A DNA stretch of 64,000 bases, taken from NCBI GenBank assembly GCA_050874585.1, contig JBNMKZ010000008.1, positions 344-64,343 on the forward strand, read 5' to 3'. Every line of letters begins with the position of its first letter. Position 1 is the stretch's first letter. Below the pieces are notes generated by a model. The model did not search any database, was not told the DNA's origin, and worked only from the letters and a program-made list of their open reading frames with translations. Below, piece by piece: positions 52,296-62,400 of this stretch. The stretch comes from Verrucomicrobiota bacterium (GTDB lineage: Bacteria; Verrucomicrobiota; Kiritimatiellia; RFP12; UBA1067). The translations under genes and the position numbers were made by a program.

Positions 52296-52780
52296 ATTAT
52301 ACCACAAAACCGCCTGCTCGGGGGCTTGCGCGGCGGCTCGCCCGACCCGGATGCGGCGACGATCTCGCGACGCCTTTCGCGCTTAGACAAGCAGCTTCGC
52401 TGAGCCTGCCCTGCCTCGGCGGTTATCACTGGCTTCGGACGGAGACCTCTCCTACGGCTGCGAGTCGCACCGCACCTCTCGTGCGACCGCCGCGCGCACC
52501 CCCTCGCCCGAGAAGAAGGACAGGCCGACCACAGGCCGGGACGCGGCAGATGGTTTTGCCGCGCCTGCCGTTCGGCAGGCCATCGAAACTGCCGCGACTG
52601 GGCCTACACAACGCCTGCGCGGTGGGGCTTCTCTCCGCCCTTCTGCGCTCCGCCGCTCCCAAGCGGGGTTCCCCGTTTTGCCGCGCCTGCCGCGCGCACC
52701 CCCTCGCCCGAGAGGAGGAACAAGGCCGACCACAGGCATCCCGCGGCAGTGGGTCTTGCCGCGCCTGCCGTCCGGCAGGC
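52296..52780. repeat. Dispersed GC-rich repeat, copy 2, with internal 200-bp-period duplication
   Basis: Matches 11167-11316; ccgcgcgcacccctcgcccgaga-like block at ~52490 and ~52690; aggccgaccacaggc twice. Confidence 0.9.
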
Positions 52781-52904
52781 GCATCCGCCCACTCGCCCCT
52801 AATCGAACGATTCGTGCGTTAAACGCAAAATTTCGACGAGCGAACGGCTTCGCGGCGGATGCTCATGGGCAAGGCCCCGACGCGGCAAGGGCAACCGCCG
52901 CGCC

Positions 52905-52986
52905 TCCCGTGCCCATCGCCCGGAGACTTACTGGGCAGTAAGTCCAAAGTTACTGGGCAGTAAGTTTTCTTCCGATGGGCACGGGA
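52905..52986. repeat. Four 14-bp units at 22-23-bp period
   Basis: IR tcccgtgcccatcg (52905) / cgatgggcacggga (52973) enclosing ttactgggcagtaa at 52928 and 52950. Confidence 0.85.
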
Positions 52987-53165
52987 AATTGCCGCGATGC
53001 GTACGCGGCGCACTTCTCCTGCGCACGACAGGAAATTCCGATAAGCATCCGAGGGAATGCGCCTACCCACGAGCCGAACCGGCCCTCCCCATCGGACTGG
53101 AAACTGACGGGCAGGAACAGTCGGTGCGCGGCGGATTGCGCTCCCAAACCGCCGCGTTGCGAAAC

Positions 53166-53762
53166 CTATTCCTCCGTGCCGTCCGTCAGGCGGTAGCCTT
53201 CGCCGCGGACGCTCTCAATGGTGAGCCCCCTGCCCAGTTTCTTGCGCAGGTTGGCAATCGTCTGGTCGACGGTCCGCGTCGTTCCGTAGTAGTCGAATCC
53301 CCAGGCCTCGTTCATCAGCGTCTCCCGCGAGACGACCGCGCCCGGTTCCGCCGTCAAAAGCCCCAAAATCTTCAGTTCACGCGGCAAAAGCCGAACCGAT
53401 GTCCCATCCGCCTGAATCACGGCCATCCGCGCAACATCAACCTGCACCGGTCCAATGGACCATATCTCCCCACCCGTTTCAAGGACGGAAAGTCCGCCGT
53501 CACCATCCTTGACCTCCACACGATACTTCGCCGACTGGAGCAGGTTCACCAGCCGCGAACGGGCCGCCCCGTCCTTGCCGACGACGACGACCTTTGGAAA
53601 CCTCAATAAACGCACGACACCGAGAATCGCCACAAGGGCAACTCCCGATGTCGCGCAATAGATGCAGCAGCACGTCAGGCAGGTGCAGGGGAAGCTACTG
53701 CACAACCATGAATCGGTCGTGCAGCAGTGCTGAGCCAACGCCAGAAGTGCCGCGAGCATCAC
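53166..53762 (-). CDS. Membrane-anchored OmpR/PhoB-type winged-helix protein with Cys-rich N-terminus
   Basis: LLPRELKIL..VSRETLMNEAWG..TRTVDQTIANLRKKL..ESVRGEGY; N-terminal 9 Cys then a hydrophobic helix. Confidence 0.8.
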   Translation of the reverse strand: MMLAALLALAQHCCTTDSWLCSSFPCTCLTCCCIYCATSGVALVAILGVVRLLRFPKVVVVGKDGAARSRLVNLLQSAKYRVEVKDGDGGLSVLETGGEIWSIGPVQVDVARMAVIQADGTSVRLLPRELKILGLLTAEPGAVVSRETLMNEAWGFDYYGTTRTVDQTIANLRKKLGRGLTIESVRGEGYRLTDGTEE

Positions 53763-53765
53763 CTG

Positions 53766-53948
53766 TTACTTACCACATGCGCAGTTGGTGGTGCAGGTGC
53801 AGGTCGCCTGACCGCATCCGCATTCACACGCCTGACCCGGCGTGCAGTTCTTGCAGCACGCCTTCTTCGGCGCGACACACGAACAACAACCGGCGAGAAC
53901 CGCCACCACTCCGGCGACAAGCGCCGCGACAATTGCACTCTTCATCAT
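53766..53948 (-). CDS. Small Cys-rich (metallothionein-like) lipoprotein
   Basis: AAGGAGG RBS; lipobox LAG-C; 13 Cys in 40 mature residues; TATACT box at 53988-53993. Confidence 0.75.
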   Translation of the reverse strand: MMKSAIVAALVAGVVAVLAGCCSCVAPKKACCKNCTPGQACECGCGQATCTCTTNCACGK

Positions 53949-54037
53949 TTTCAGCCTCCTTTGGCCTTAATCGTTTAACTGGCGCATAGTATAGCGAAAC
54001 CGCGTCCGCGAAGTGTCAGACGAATGTAAAACTTTGC

Positions 54038-55084
54038 TCAGACGATAATGCCTCCGCAAAGGACGGCATCGTCCTCCGCCCCATAGAAGACGGCACTCTG
54101 CCCAGTTGCGATGCCCATGATGCCCTCGGACAGCGAACAGTGCGCACCACGGAGAACGGCCGGGACGAGCCGCCCGGCACTGCGCACCTTGACGCGGCAT
54201 GGAATTGCCTCCTGCGTCGGTTCCGCCGCGCCCCAGTTCATCTCCGCGACATCAAGCGAAGTGCGGACGGCCTCGTCGGCCCGCCCCACGACGACGCGGT
54301 TTCGACATGCGTCCACGTCTATGACATAATAAGGTTCGCCCGCCCCACCGATGCCAAGGCCCTTGCGCTGTCCGATCGTGTAGTGCCAGAACCCAAGATG
54401 ATGGCCGAGGACGCGTCCGTCCGTCGTCACGATGTCGCCCGGACGATCCGCCGCGCCAATCAGCTCGTTCACGTCACCCGCATAGAAGTCCTGCGAGTCC
54501 GGCTTATCCGCCGCATTCAGCCCATGGGCACGAGCAATCGACCGAACCTCGGCCTTCGTCAGTTCACCCAACGGAAAGACCTGCCGCGCCAGCTGCTCCT
54601 GCGAAAGGCGATAGAGAAAATAGCTCTGGTCCTTCGCCTCATCCCGTGCACGGAGAATCGCCCACCGTTCGCCGCGCCGCTCGACACGCGCATAGTGCCC
54701 CGTGGCGAACTTGTCGAACGAAAGCCCCGCCTCAGCGGCCAAACGCGGCAGAAGACCGAACTTCATCAGCGCATTGCACCGGACACAGGGATTCGGGGTT
54801 CTGCCCGAGAGGTAGGTCTCGCGAAAATACGAGACGATGGCCCGATCGTACTGCGCGGCACAGTCGAAGACCTGGTAGTCAATGCCAATGGCCTTTGCAA
54901 AGGCCGCCGCACGCTCGATGTCCTCCTTCTCTCCAGCCCCGAAACAGGCATCACGCGGGCCGCCGCGATACTGCCCGCGCCACAATTTCATCGTAATGCC
55001 GATAACATCGTGGCCCTGCTCCTTCAGGAGTAGGGCCGCGACGCTTGAATCGACACCGCCGCTCAGTCCGACTGCGACTTTCAC
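54038..55084 (-). CDS. mnmA: tRNA 2-thiouridylase
   Basis: SGGVDS, TPNPCVRCN, ATGHYA, KDQSYFL, YTIGQRKGL. Confidence 0.96.
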   Translation of the reverse strand: MKVAVGLSGGVDSSVAALLLKEQGHDVIGITMKLWRGQYRGGPRDACFGAGEKEDIERAAAFAKAIGIDYQVFDCAAQYDRAIVSYFRETYLSGRTPNPCVRCNALMKFGLLPRLAAEAGLSFDKFATGHYARVERRGERWAILRARDEAKDQSYFLYRLSQEQLARQVFPLGELTKAEVRSIARAHGLNAADKPDSQDFYAGDVNELIGAADRPGDIVTTDGRVLGHHLGFWHYTIGQRKGLGIGGAGEPYYVIDVDACRNRVVVGRADEAVRTSLDVAEMNWGAAEPTQEAIPCRVKVRSAGRLVPAVLRGAHCSLSEGIMGIATGQSAVFYGAEDDAVLCGGIIV

Positions 55085-55101
55085 CGCGATGTCACCTTCC
55101 G

Positions 55102-55986
55102 TCAGAACTGGTACTGGACCGAGAAGACCGCACCCGAACCGACACCCAGCTTCTTCGTGTTGCCGTTGCGGTAGAAGTGATCCTTGTTGCCCGTCTCGGC
55201 AAATGCCGCGACCAGCGTCAGGTTCTTCGTCACGAACCAGGCCACGTGCGCATCGTAGTAGTCGTGGTTGCGGATGTCGTCGCCGACGTTCACGCCCTGC
55301 TTGTACTCAAGACCGATGGCAATGTTCTCGGCAGGGAGGATGTCGATGTTGCCGAAACCGGCCACGCCATACTTGTTGTGACCGACCACGCCATTCACAA
55401 CCTCGTCCGACACGAGAAGACCAGCCGAGAGAAGGACGGGAACCGGCGTCTGGGTGATCAGCTTCGAGGCCACGATGTAGCCGTCCACGCCATTGTCGCG
55501 CAGGCCGAGAGCCTTGACCGTATCCGAGTCCGTGTACTTCCAGACACCGCCGATGGCGATTGCCGGAATCCAGGCCGTATCAAAGGCGTTCTCGTCGAGG
55601 ATGCGCAGCTTTGCGCCGATGTTGTGGGTGTTAATCGAGCCGTCGCCATAGCGATGAGCATCGACAAAGCCGTAGCCGTAGGAAAGCTCAAGGCGCTGCG
55701 CAACGGTCAGCGCGGCGGAAGCCGCCCACCAGTTGATGCCCGCATCACCGAGATTGACGTACCATCCGCCAACCTGCGGCTTCGAGACGATTTCATTCAG
55801 GTTGCTCGTGCTCGATCCCTCCCACGGCAATCCGGCCGTGTAGGCCAACGGGTTGAAGGCGATACCGCCCGTACCCTGCAGGTTGTTGAGCGGCACGCCC
55901 GCCTGCGCCGCGACCGCACCCAGCGTCGCAGCGGAAATGAGAAGCGTCCGAACCAGTGAGAATCCGTTTTTCTTGTTGATGTTCAT
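55102..55986 (-). CDS. Outer-membrane beta-barrel protein (DUF3034-like)
   Basis: Signal peptide; NLQGTGG, GLEYKQ, AHVAWF; terminal VQYQF beta-signal. Confidence 0.65.
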   Translation of the reverse strand: MNINKKNGFSLVRTLLISAATLGAVAAQAGVPLNNLQGTGGIAFNPLAYTAGLPWEGSSTSNLNEIVSKPQVGGWYVNLGDAGINWWAASAALTVAQRLELSYGYGFVDAHRYGDGSINTHNIGAKLRILDENAFDTAWIPAIAIGGVWKYTDSDTVKALGLRDNGVDGYIVASKLITQTPVPVLLSAGLLVSDEVVNGVVGHNKYGVAGFGNIDILPAENIAIGLEYKQGVNVGDDIRNHDYYDAHVAWFVTKNLTLVAAFAETGNKDHFYRNGNTKKLGVGSGAVFSVQYQF

Positions 55987-56101
55987 GCGTGTTATCCCTT
56001 TCTACCCTACTCGTTCAGTAGGTTTTGTTTCCTTTGAAAAGCCCGCTTTCGCGGGCAAAGTATGGGCCGCCCCGACCTGGAACGGCCCCGTTGAACAATG
56101 G

Positions 56102-57388
56102 TTAGATGAGTGCGAGCGCCTGATCGAGGTCCGCGATAATGTCGTCGATGTGCTCGATGCCAATCGACAGACGGATCAGTTCGGGCGCAAGGCCCGCCGC
56201 ACGCTGCTGTTCCTCGGTGAGCTGGGAGTGCGTCGAGGAGGCCGGGTGAACCGACAGCGACCGCGCATCACCCACGTTCGCGAGCTGCGTGAAGAGATTG
56301 AGGCCGTCCACGACCTTGATGCCCTCCTGCACGCCACCCTTCACGCCAAAGACGACCATGCCGCCCTGACCGTTCGGGAGATACTTCTTCGCGAGGTCGT
56401 ACGAGGGGTCGCCCTCCAGGCCCGGATAGCGAACCCACGCCACCTTCGGGTGGTTCTTGAGGAACTTGGCCACCGCCAGCGCGTTGGACGAGTGCCGCGC
56501 AATTCGGAGCGGCAGGGACTCCACGCCCTGGAGGAAGATCCAGTTCGCATCCGGCGACAGCGTCGGCCCCTGGTTGCGAAGGCCGACCGTGCGCAGGCGG
56601 GTAATGAAGGCGAGAGGACCCGCCAGCTTGGACCAGACCGCACCATGGTAGCCCCGGTCAGGCTCGTTGTAGAGCGAGAACTTCGGATCCGACCAGTCGA
56701 ACTTGCCCGCGTCAATCACGACGCCGCCGATGCCCGCACCGTGGCCGCCAATCCACTTCGAGAGCGAGTGGATGACGACATCCGCGCCGAATTCAATCGG
56801 GTGCTCAAGGATCGGGGTCGAGAATGTCGCGTCCACGACCAGCGGGAGGTTGTGCTTCTTCGCAAGCTTCGAGTAGGCCTCGATATCCGCAACGTCAAGT
56901 CCGGGGTTGCCGATCGTCTCGACGAAGATGAGGCGGGTCTTCTCGTTGATGGCCGCCTCGGCCGCCGCGATGTCGTTCACCTTGACGAACTTCGCATGGA
57001 TGTTGTTCGACTGCGGAAGGATCACGTCAAACTGCGTGTAGGTTCCGCCGTAGAGGTTCGAGGCCGCGACGAACTCCTCGCCCGAGGGGACGATGTTCGT
57101 AATCGTGAAGTAGATTGCCGCCGTACCCGAGCTCAGCGTGATAGCCGCCGCGCCACCCTCAAGGGCCGCCAGGCGCTTCTCGAGCACGTCCTCGGTCGGG
57201 TTCATCAGACGGGCGTAGATGTTCGCCGCCTTCCGCAGGGCAAAGCGATCCGCACCATCCTGTGCATTCTTGAAGTTGTAGGCCGTCGTACGGTAGACGG
57301 GCACCGCCGTCGAATCCGTCGCAGGGTCACCATTCCATCCCGCGTGAACCGCGAGCGTCTCTGCATGCTGCTTTACTTCAGTACTCAT
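56102..57388 (-). CDS. metY: O-acetylhomoserine aminocarboxypropyltransferase
   Basis: IYARLMNPT, HSLSKWIGGHG, LANVGDARSL..HPASSTH. Confidence 0.93.
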   Translation of the reverse strand: MSTEVKQHAETLAVHAGWNGDPATDSTAVPVYRTTAYNFKNAQDGADRFALRKAANIYARLMNPTEDVLEKRLAALEGGAAAITLSSGTAAIYFTITNIVPSGEEFVAASNLYGGTYTQFDVILPQSNNIHAKFVKVNDIAAAEAAINEKTRLIFVETIGNPGLDVADIEAYSKLAKKHNLPLVVDATFSTPILEHPIEFGADVVIHSLSKWIGGHGAGIGGVVIDAGKFDWSDPKFSLYNEPDRGYHGAVWSKLAGPLAFITRLRTVGLRNQGPTLSPDANWIFLQGVESLPLRIARHSSNALAVAKFLKNHPKVAWVRYPGLEGDPSYDLAKKYLPNGQGGMVVFGVKGGVQEGIKVVDGLNLFTQLANVGDARSLSVHPASSTHSQLTEEQQRAAGLAPELIRLSIGIEHIDDIIADLDQALALI

Positions 57389-57450
57389 GTGGATTCCTCC
57401 TTCTTCTTTCGTCAATTCTCTATCTTATACCGTGTTCGTTCACCGACCGA

Positions 57451-58371
57451 TTAGGCGAAGAGCCAGGTCGAGAGGTAACGCTCTCCCGTATCCGGCAGAA
57501 GCGCGACAATCGTCTTGCCCGCATAGGCTGGGTCCTTCGCCAGTTCAAGTGCCGCCCAAAGCGCCGCGCCCGACGAGATGCCGACCAGCAGGCCCTCCTG
57601 CGCCGCCGCCGCACGTGCCGTGCTGCCGGCGTTGTCCGCCGAAACCGTAATCACCTTCGTGATCAGGCTCGTGTCGAGCACTTTCGGAACAAAGCCCGCG
57701 CCGATGCCCTGAATCTTGTGGGGACCGGGCTTGCCGCCCGAGAGGACGGGGCTCGTATCAGGCTCGACCGCGTAAATCGCAACATTCGGATTCTTCTCAC
57801 GCAGGTACTTGCCCGTGCCCGTCAGCGTACCGCCCGTACCGACACCCGCGACAAACGCGTCGACCTGGCCATCCGTGTCGGCCCAGATTTCGGGACCGGT
57901 CGTGATGTGGTGGTAGGCCGGATTCGCCGGGTTCTCGAACTGCTGAAGGATGATGCCGCCCTTCGAGTCGCGCAACTCGTTCGCCTTCGCAATCGCACCC
58001 TTCATTCCGTCGCTGCCCGGGGTGAGGACGATTTCCGCGCCATACGCCGCCGCGAGTTTGCGACGCTCGATGGACATCGTCTCGGGCATCGTGAGGATGA
58101 GGTGGTAACCGCGCACCGCGCTCACGAGGGCCAGGCCAACGCCCGTGTTGCCGGAAGTCGGCTCGATGATCGTCGCGCCCGGCTTCAGGATTCCATCCTT
58201 CTCCGCCTGCTCGACCATCGCGAGAGCGATGCGGTCCTTCACGCTTCCGCCGGGGTTGAAGAACTCAACCTTCACGAGCACGCGGGCACCGCCCTTGTTC
58301 AGCTTGTTGGAGATCTCCACGAGCGGCGTACCGCCGACCTTCTCCAGAACCGTCTTTGCAATCTTCGACAT
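57451..58371 (-). CDS. cysK: Cysteine synthase A
   Basis: NPGGSVKDR, PTSGNTG, GVGTGGT, HKIQGIG, DTGERYLST. Confidence 0.97.
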   Translation of the reverse strand: MSKIAKTVLEKVGGTPLVEISNKLNKGGARVLVKVEFFNPGGSVKDRIALAMVEQAEKDGILKPGATIIEPTSGNTGVGLALVSAVRGYHLILTMPETMSIERRKLAAAYGAEIVLTPGSDGMKGAIAKANELRDSKGGIILQQFENPANPAYHHITTGPEIWADTDGQVDAFVAGVGTGGTLTGTGKYLREKNPNVAIYAVEPDTSPVLSGGKPGPHKIQGIGAGFVPKVLDTSLITKVITVSADNAGSTARAAAAQEGLLVGISSGAALWAALELAKDPAYAGKTIVALLPDTGERYLSTWLFA

Positions 58372-58449
58372 CTTCAAATTCCTTTCGTTTTTTCCTTGTT
58401 CCCCTTCCTGGCGGGCCATACACTACCTACTCAGTAGAGAACGGCACAT

Positions 58450-58479
58450 ATTATAGCACGCGCCGACGACGAAAGTCAA
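58450..58479 (-). promoter_or_regulatory. Sigma70-type promoter of cysK
   Basis: TTGACT-18 nt-TATAAT with TG extension. Confidence 0.75.
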
Positions 58480-58581
58480 CCACGAGAGTAGTATTATTTT
58501 AAGTTTCTTTCATCTTTCGCCATTCGAGCGCGAATCCATCGTAAAATGATGAATTACCAAAACGGAATAACGACCAAATAG

Positions 58582-58749
58582 ATGCCGAACGCCCCCTTTC
58601 AGTCCTCCGAAGCCCCCGCCTTGCCAAATGATAACGATGTCCAGTTCGTCACGATTCTCTTCTCCGCCATCGTCTTCCACGAGAAAGTGACGAGGCGATT
58701 CGCACTCGGCCTGACGATCTTTCTCGTGGGCACGCTCCTCATGCTGTAG
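58582..58749 (+). pseudogene. C-terminal remnant of an EamA/DMT-type transporter
   Basis: Manual translation: ...FVTILFSAIVFHEKVTRRFALGLTIFLVGTLLML*. Confidence 0.55.
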
Positions 58750-58813
58750 CACCACAAACGGCAACCGGCGCATCCAGCCCCACGCAAGGGACCAGTTGTG
58801 ATAAAATATGGGC

Positions 58814-59413
58814 ATGGAAAGACAGATTCTACAAGTTGGAACCTTTGAGGTAAACTGCGTTCTTCTCGCCCAGCACGGGCGGGCCTGGATTGTCGACCCC
58901 GGCGCAGATGTGGATCGCATCGCGGCACTTTTGAAGGAACGGGCTCTCACGCCCGAACTCATCCTCCTGACACACGCCCACTTTGACCATGTCGGCGGCG
59001 TGCCCGACCTCCAGCGGCGTTTTCCCGGCCTCCCCGTCTACATCCATCCGCTGGATGCCCAGATTCTCGCCCATCCCCTCAACGCGTTCCCCCCGGACTA
59101 TCCGCCCATTTCCGAACCGAGCAACATCCGTGACTGCCGCGACCTTGAGGGCGTGACGGTCATCGAAACGCCCGGCCACACGCCCGGCGGATGCTGCTAC
59201 TACTTCCCGGAAGACAAGCTTCTTCTCTCGGGCGACACGCTGTTTGCCGGTTCAGTCGGTCGCACGGACTTCCCCGGCGGCGACATGCCGACGCTGATGA
59301 AGTCCCTTGAAAAACTTGCCGCGCTCCCCGATGAAACGCTCGTCATCCCCGGACACGGTTCGCAGACGACAATCGGACGCGAAAAGCGCGGCAATCCCTA
59401 CTTTGCCCGATAA
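58814..59413 (+). CDS. MBL-fold metallohydrolase (glyoxalase II-like)
   Basis: THAHFDH, TPGHT, SGDTLF, PGHG; TGaTAAAAT 6 nt before this ATG. Confidence 0.92.
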   Translation: MERQILQVGTFEVNCVLLAQHGRAWIVDPGADVDRIAALLKERALTPELILLTHAHFDHVGGVPDLQRRFPGLPVYIHPLDAQILAHPLNAFPPDYPPISEPSNIRDCRDLEGVTVIETPGHTPGGCCYYFPEDKLLLSGDTLFAGSVGRTDFPGGDMPTLMKSLEKLAALPDETLVIPGHGSQTTIGREKRGNPYFAR

Positions 59414-59438
59414 ATTCCATCTGGGACAAATCATCAAG

Positions 59439-59474
59439 ACGAAGGGAGGACGCACCTGCGCCCTCCCTTCGTTT
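59439..59474. terminator. Hairpin between convergent genes
   Basis: acgaagggagg...cctcccttcgt. Confidence 0.65.
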
Positions 59475-59497
59475 ACGGAACCCTCCATCCGCCCGCA

Positions 59498-62400
59498 TTA
59501 GCGGACAATCAGCCGGAAGCCACTTTCGAACCGAAGGTAGCCGTTCGCGTCAATCGTGACGGGCTTCCGAACGCCACTCGCGCTCTCGTAGCGAATCTGC
59601 ACCAACTGGTCGGCCGTCAACGCATCGGCACTCGTTCCAATGCGAATCGAGCGCGACTTCGCCTGCCCGCGAATGGTCAGCGTGGCATCCGATGCCCATG
59701 CGACGGATGCCGAATCCTCAAAGGCAATGCACCCGCCCTCGGCGACCTCAATGGCCGAATCGCCGCCGACCAGGAGCGCACCGAGTTTGCCCGCACAAGT
59801 CGAACCAAGCCGAATCGCACCCGCGTCAATCTTGAAAACGCCCTGCGGCTCATTGTGCGTCGCCGCCGTGAGAAGCATCGTCCCCGCGCCCGTCTTCCAG
59901 ACACCGCAGTTCTCGCGCAAGGCCTCGCCCTGATAAAGGTTTACGCCCTCGCGGTCAACGATCGGCGACTCCAGCGTGAAATCGACCGCCGCGTCACCCG
60001 TCACATCCGCCACGATGAACTTGACGCCCATCTTGTGGTTGGCCGCCGTTGCGGGGGCCTGGTAGCCAACCATCATGTCCTCCGCCGCGAAGGTGCTGGG
60101 ACTCGTGCCGCCGACATTGACGAAACTCCAGTTGTCGTAATAGTCCTTGAAACCGACACCCACCCGCGAACCCGTGAAGGTCGCGCCATCGCTCATGTTC
60201 AACAGGTAGACAATCGGATAGGAACTCGCCGTATTCTCGTTCGCCACCGCGCCACCGACAAGATACCACGGCTTGGAAACGCCCATGGCCGAGGGGTGAG
60301 CGAGGCGGACAAGACCGTCAGCATAGACGTAAATCGGGCCGCCCCCACTACACGGACCCCAATAACCATAGGTCTCGCCAATCGAGAGGTCACCACCGGC
60401 GAGGACCTTCGTGCCCGCGCCACCGGTAGGCAATGTGTTATAACCCGAAGCCGTCGCCCGCCCCGAGACATTCAGTTCCCAGTCATGCCCCTTGTTCGCG
60501 GTCAGCTTAACGCCTTCTCCCGAGATGAGGACGCGTCCCGAACCGACATTCGTGAGCGACCCCTTGACCTCAATCGCCGCCGTCCCCGCCAGCTCGAAAA
60601 GTGCACCCGAATTGACCGTGACATTCTCCGAAAAGGTGCCGCCGCCCAGCGTACCCGTATCAACAACACGAAAAGCACCAGCCTCCAGCGTATACCCCCC
60701 CCCCCCAGAGATGGCACAATCGCCCGCAATCTCTACGGCCATCTCCGTCGGAATCGCCCCCTTGAGCGAGCACGCGAAGTCATACATCGCAACCCAGTAA
60801 TTTTGAATCTGGACATTCTCATCGCACAGGTCGCACCCGAAGTCACGACGGAATTCATAGGCATCAAAGTCGCAGTCCCAGGTCGTCTTCTCACCGTGGA
60901 CAAGGCACCCATAAATCGCACCCCCCAACGCATCCTTGACATAGATGACGGACGCATAAATGCCGTCCGCCTTCTGCTGGAGTTTCACCTTCACGGCGGT
61001 AATGACCGTACCCTCAGCCTCCGTCGTCAAGGCCTTGAGCAGAAAGGTCACCGAATCCGTCTCGGGATCATACGTCCAGTTGTAGATGCCCTCCTTGTTC
61101 TGGACGACATCGTTGTTGACGCGCCGTGTGCTCTTGCTTCCCCAACAGGTATCCAGCGCGAAACTGAAGCTTTCGATATTGGCAAGCTTGGCGGCGGCGG
61201 GGAGAATCTTACGAGTTTCGGTGCTCACCATGTAGACGGGACTCGCCAGTTTCAGAACCGCGTCACTCGATTCGCCGATGGCCTGCGAATAACCCGCACT
61301 TCCGCCGAGGGCATTCTCAAACCGAAAAACGCCATTCGCGCCGAAGCGCACGCCTTCGCCCGTCGTAAACGTCAACGAGTCGCCCGTGAAGACGACTCGT
61401 TCAGCAGTTGCGACATTCAGAATCTTCGCGACACTTTTTTCACCAACGACCGCAACGGTCGATGAGTTAGGAAAAACGGCAATCGATCCCGCCTTCCAGG
61501 CGGTTGCAACTCCATCCTCCGTGAACCAATTCAGCGTCCCGTCATCCCAGACCCCGCTGGCTCCGCCGCCCCAGATGAGCGCATCCTTCCCTTTCGGGAA
61601 ATAGGACGATTCAATCGCATCCTGCACCTCGGCGGGAACGCCCGCCAGGGCGTAGGTCGCCGTCACCGTGAGGTCTCCCGTGACGGCATTGAAAGGCTGG
61701 TCCCAAGCGCGAAAAGCGCCGCCCTTGTAAGTCTTGCCCGTCATGTCAGGTGCCGTCGCCGATGCGCCCGTCTTGACATAGACAACCGCGAGTTCCGTGC
61801 CATCGGCATCCACGAACGTCACCTTGCAGAGTTTCTCGTAAAGTGCCGTCACCGTGATGTCCGACAGGACCTTCATCACGCCCTTATCCCATCCCGTAAA
61901 GGCATAGCCCTCGTAAGTCGGTGCGGCAGGTGCCAACGCGGCGAGATCGAGCGTACCAACATTCGCCTCAACCGTGCCAACCGTCTCGCCGTCCTTTCCC
62001 ACGTAGGTCACCGTCACCTTGGCATCGGCATAAGACACTTCCCACACCGTCAGCTTCACGTTGTTCAGGCACACCGCCATCCAGGCGGTCGAGTTGGCGA
62101 GATCTTCCGGCGTCGTGCGATAGTCCGCCGCAACCGTGTCCGCCGCCGCCGTGTCGCCATTGAACCCGTAGGCCTTGTCGTACGGATAAAGCGCATACAC
62201 AACCTGTCCATAGACATCCGCACCGACCTGTGTCAGTTCAAGCTTGGTCGCCGTCAGCAGGCTCTTGCCCGCGCCCCCCTTCGCCTGGAACTGACACGTC
62301 AGCGTGGTCCCATCGTTCTCATAGTAGTAGATGCCGGCCTTATCCGCACCCGCCGCGCAGCATTCGTCCAGCACCCAGGTTGTCGGGTTCGTCCCCGCAT

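Noticed and set aside
57389-57450. SAM riboswitch upstream of metY
   Set aside because: Intergenic gap too short and no recognisable aptamer
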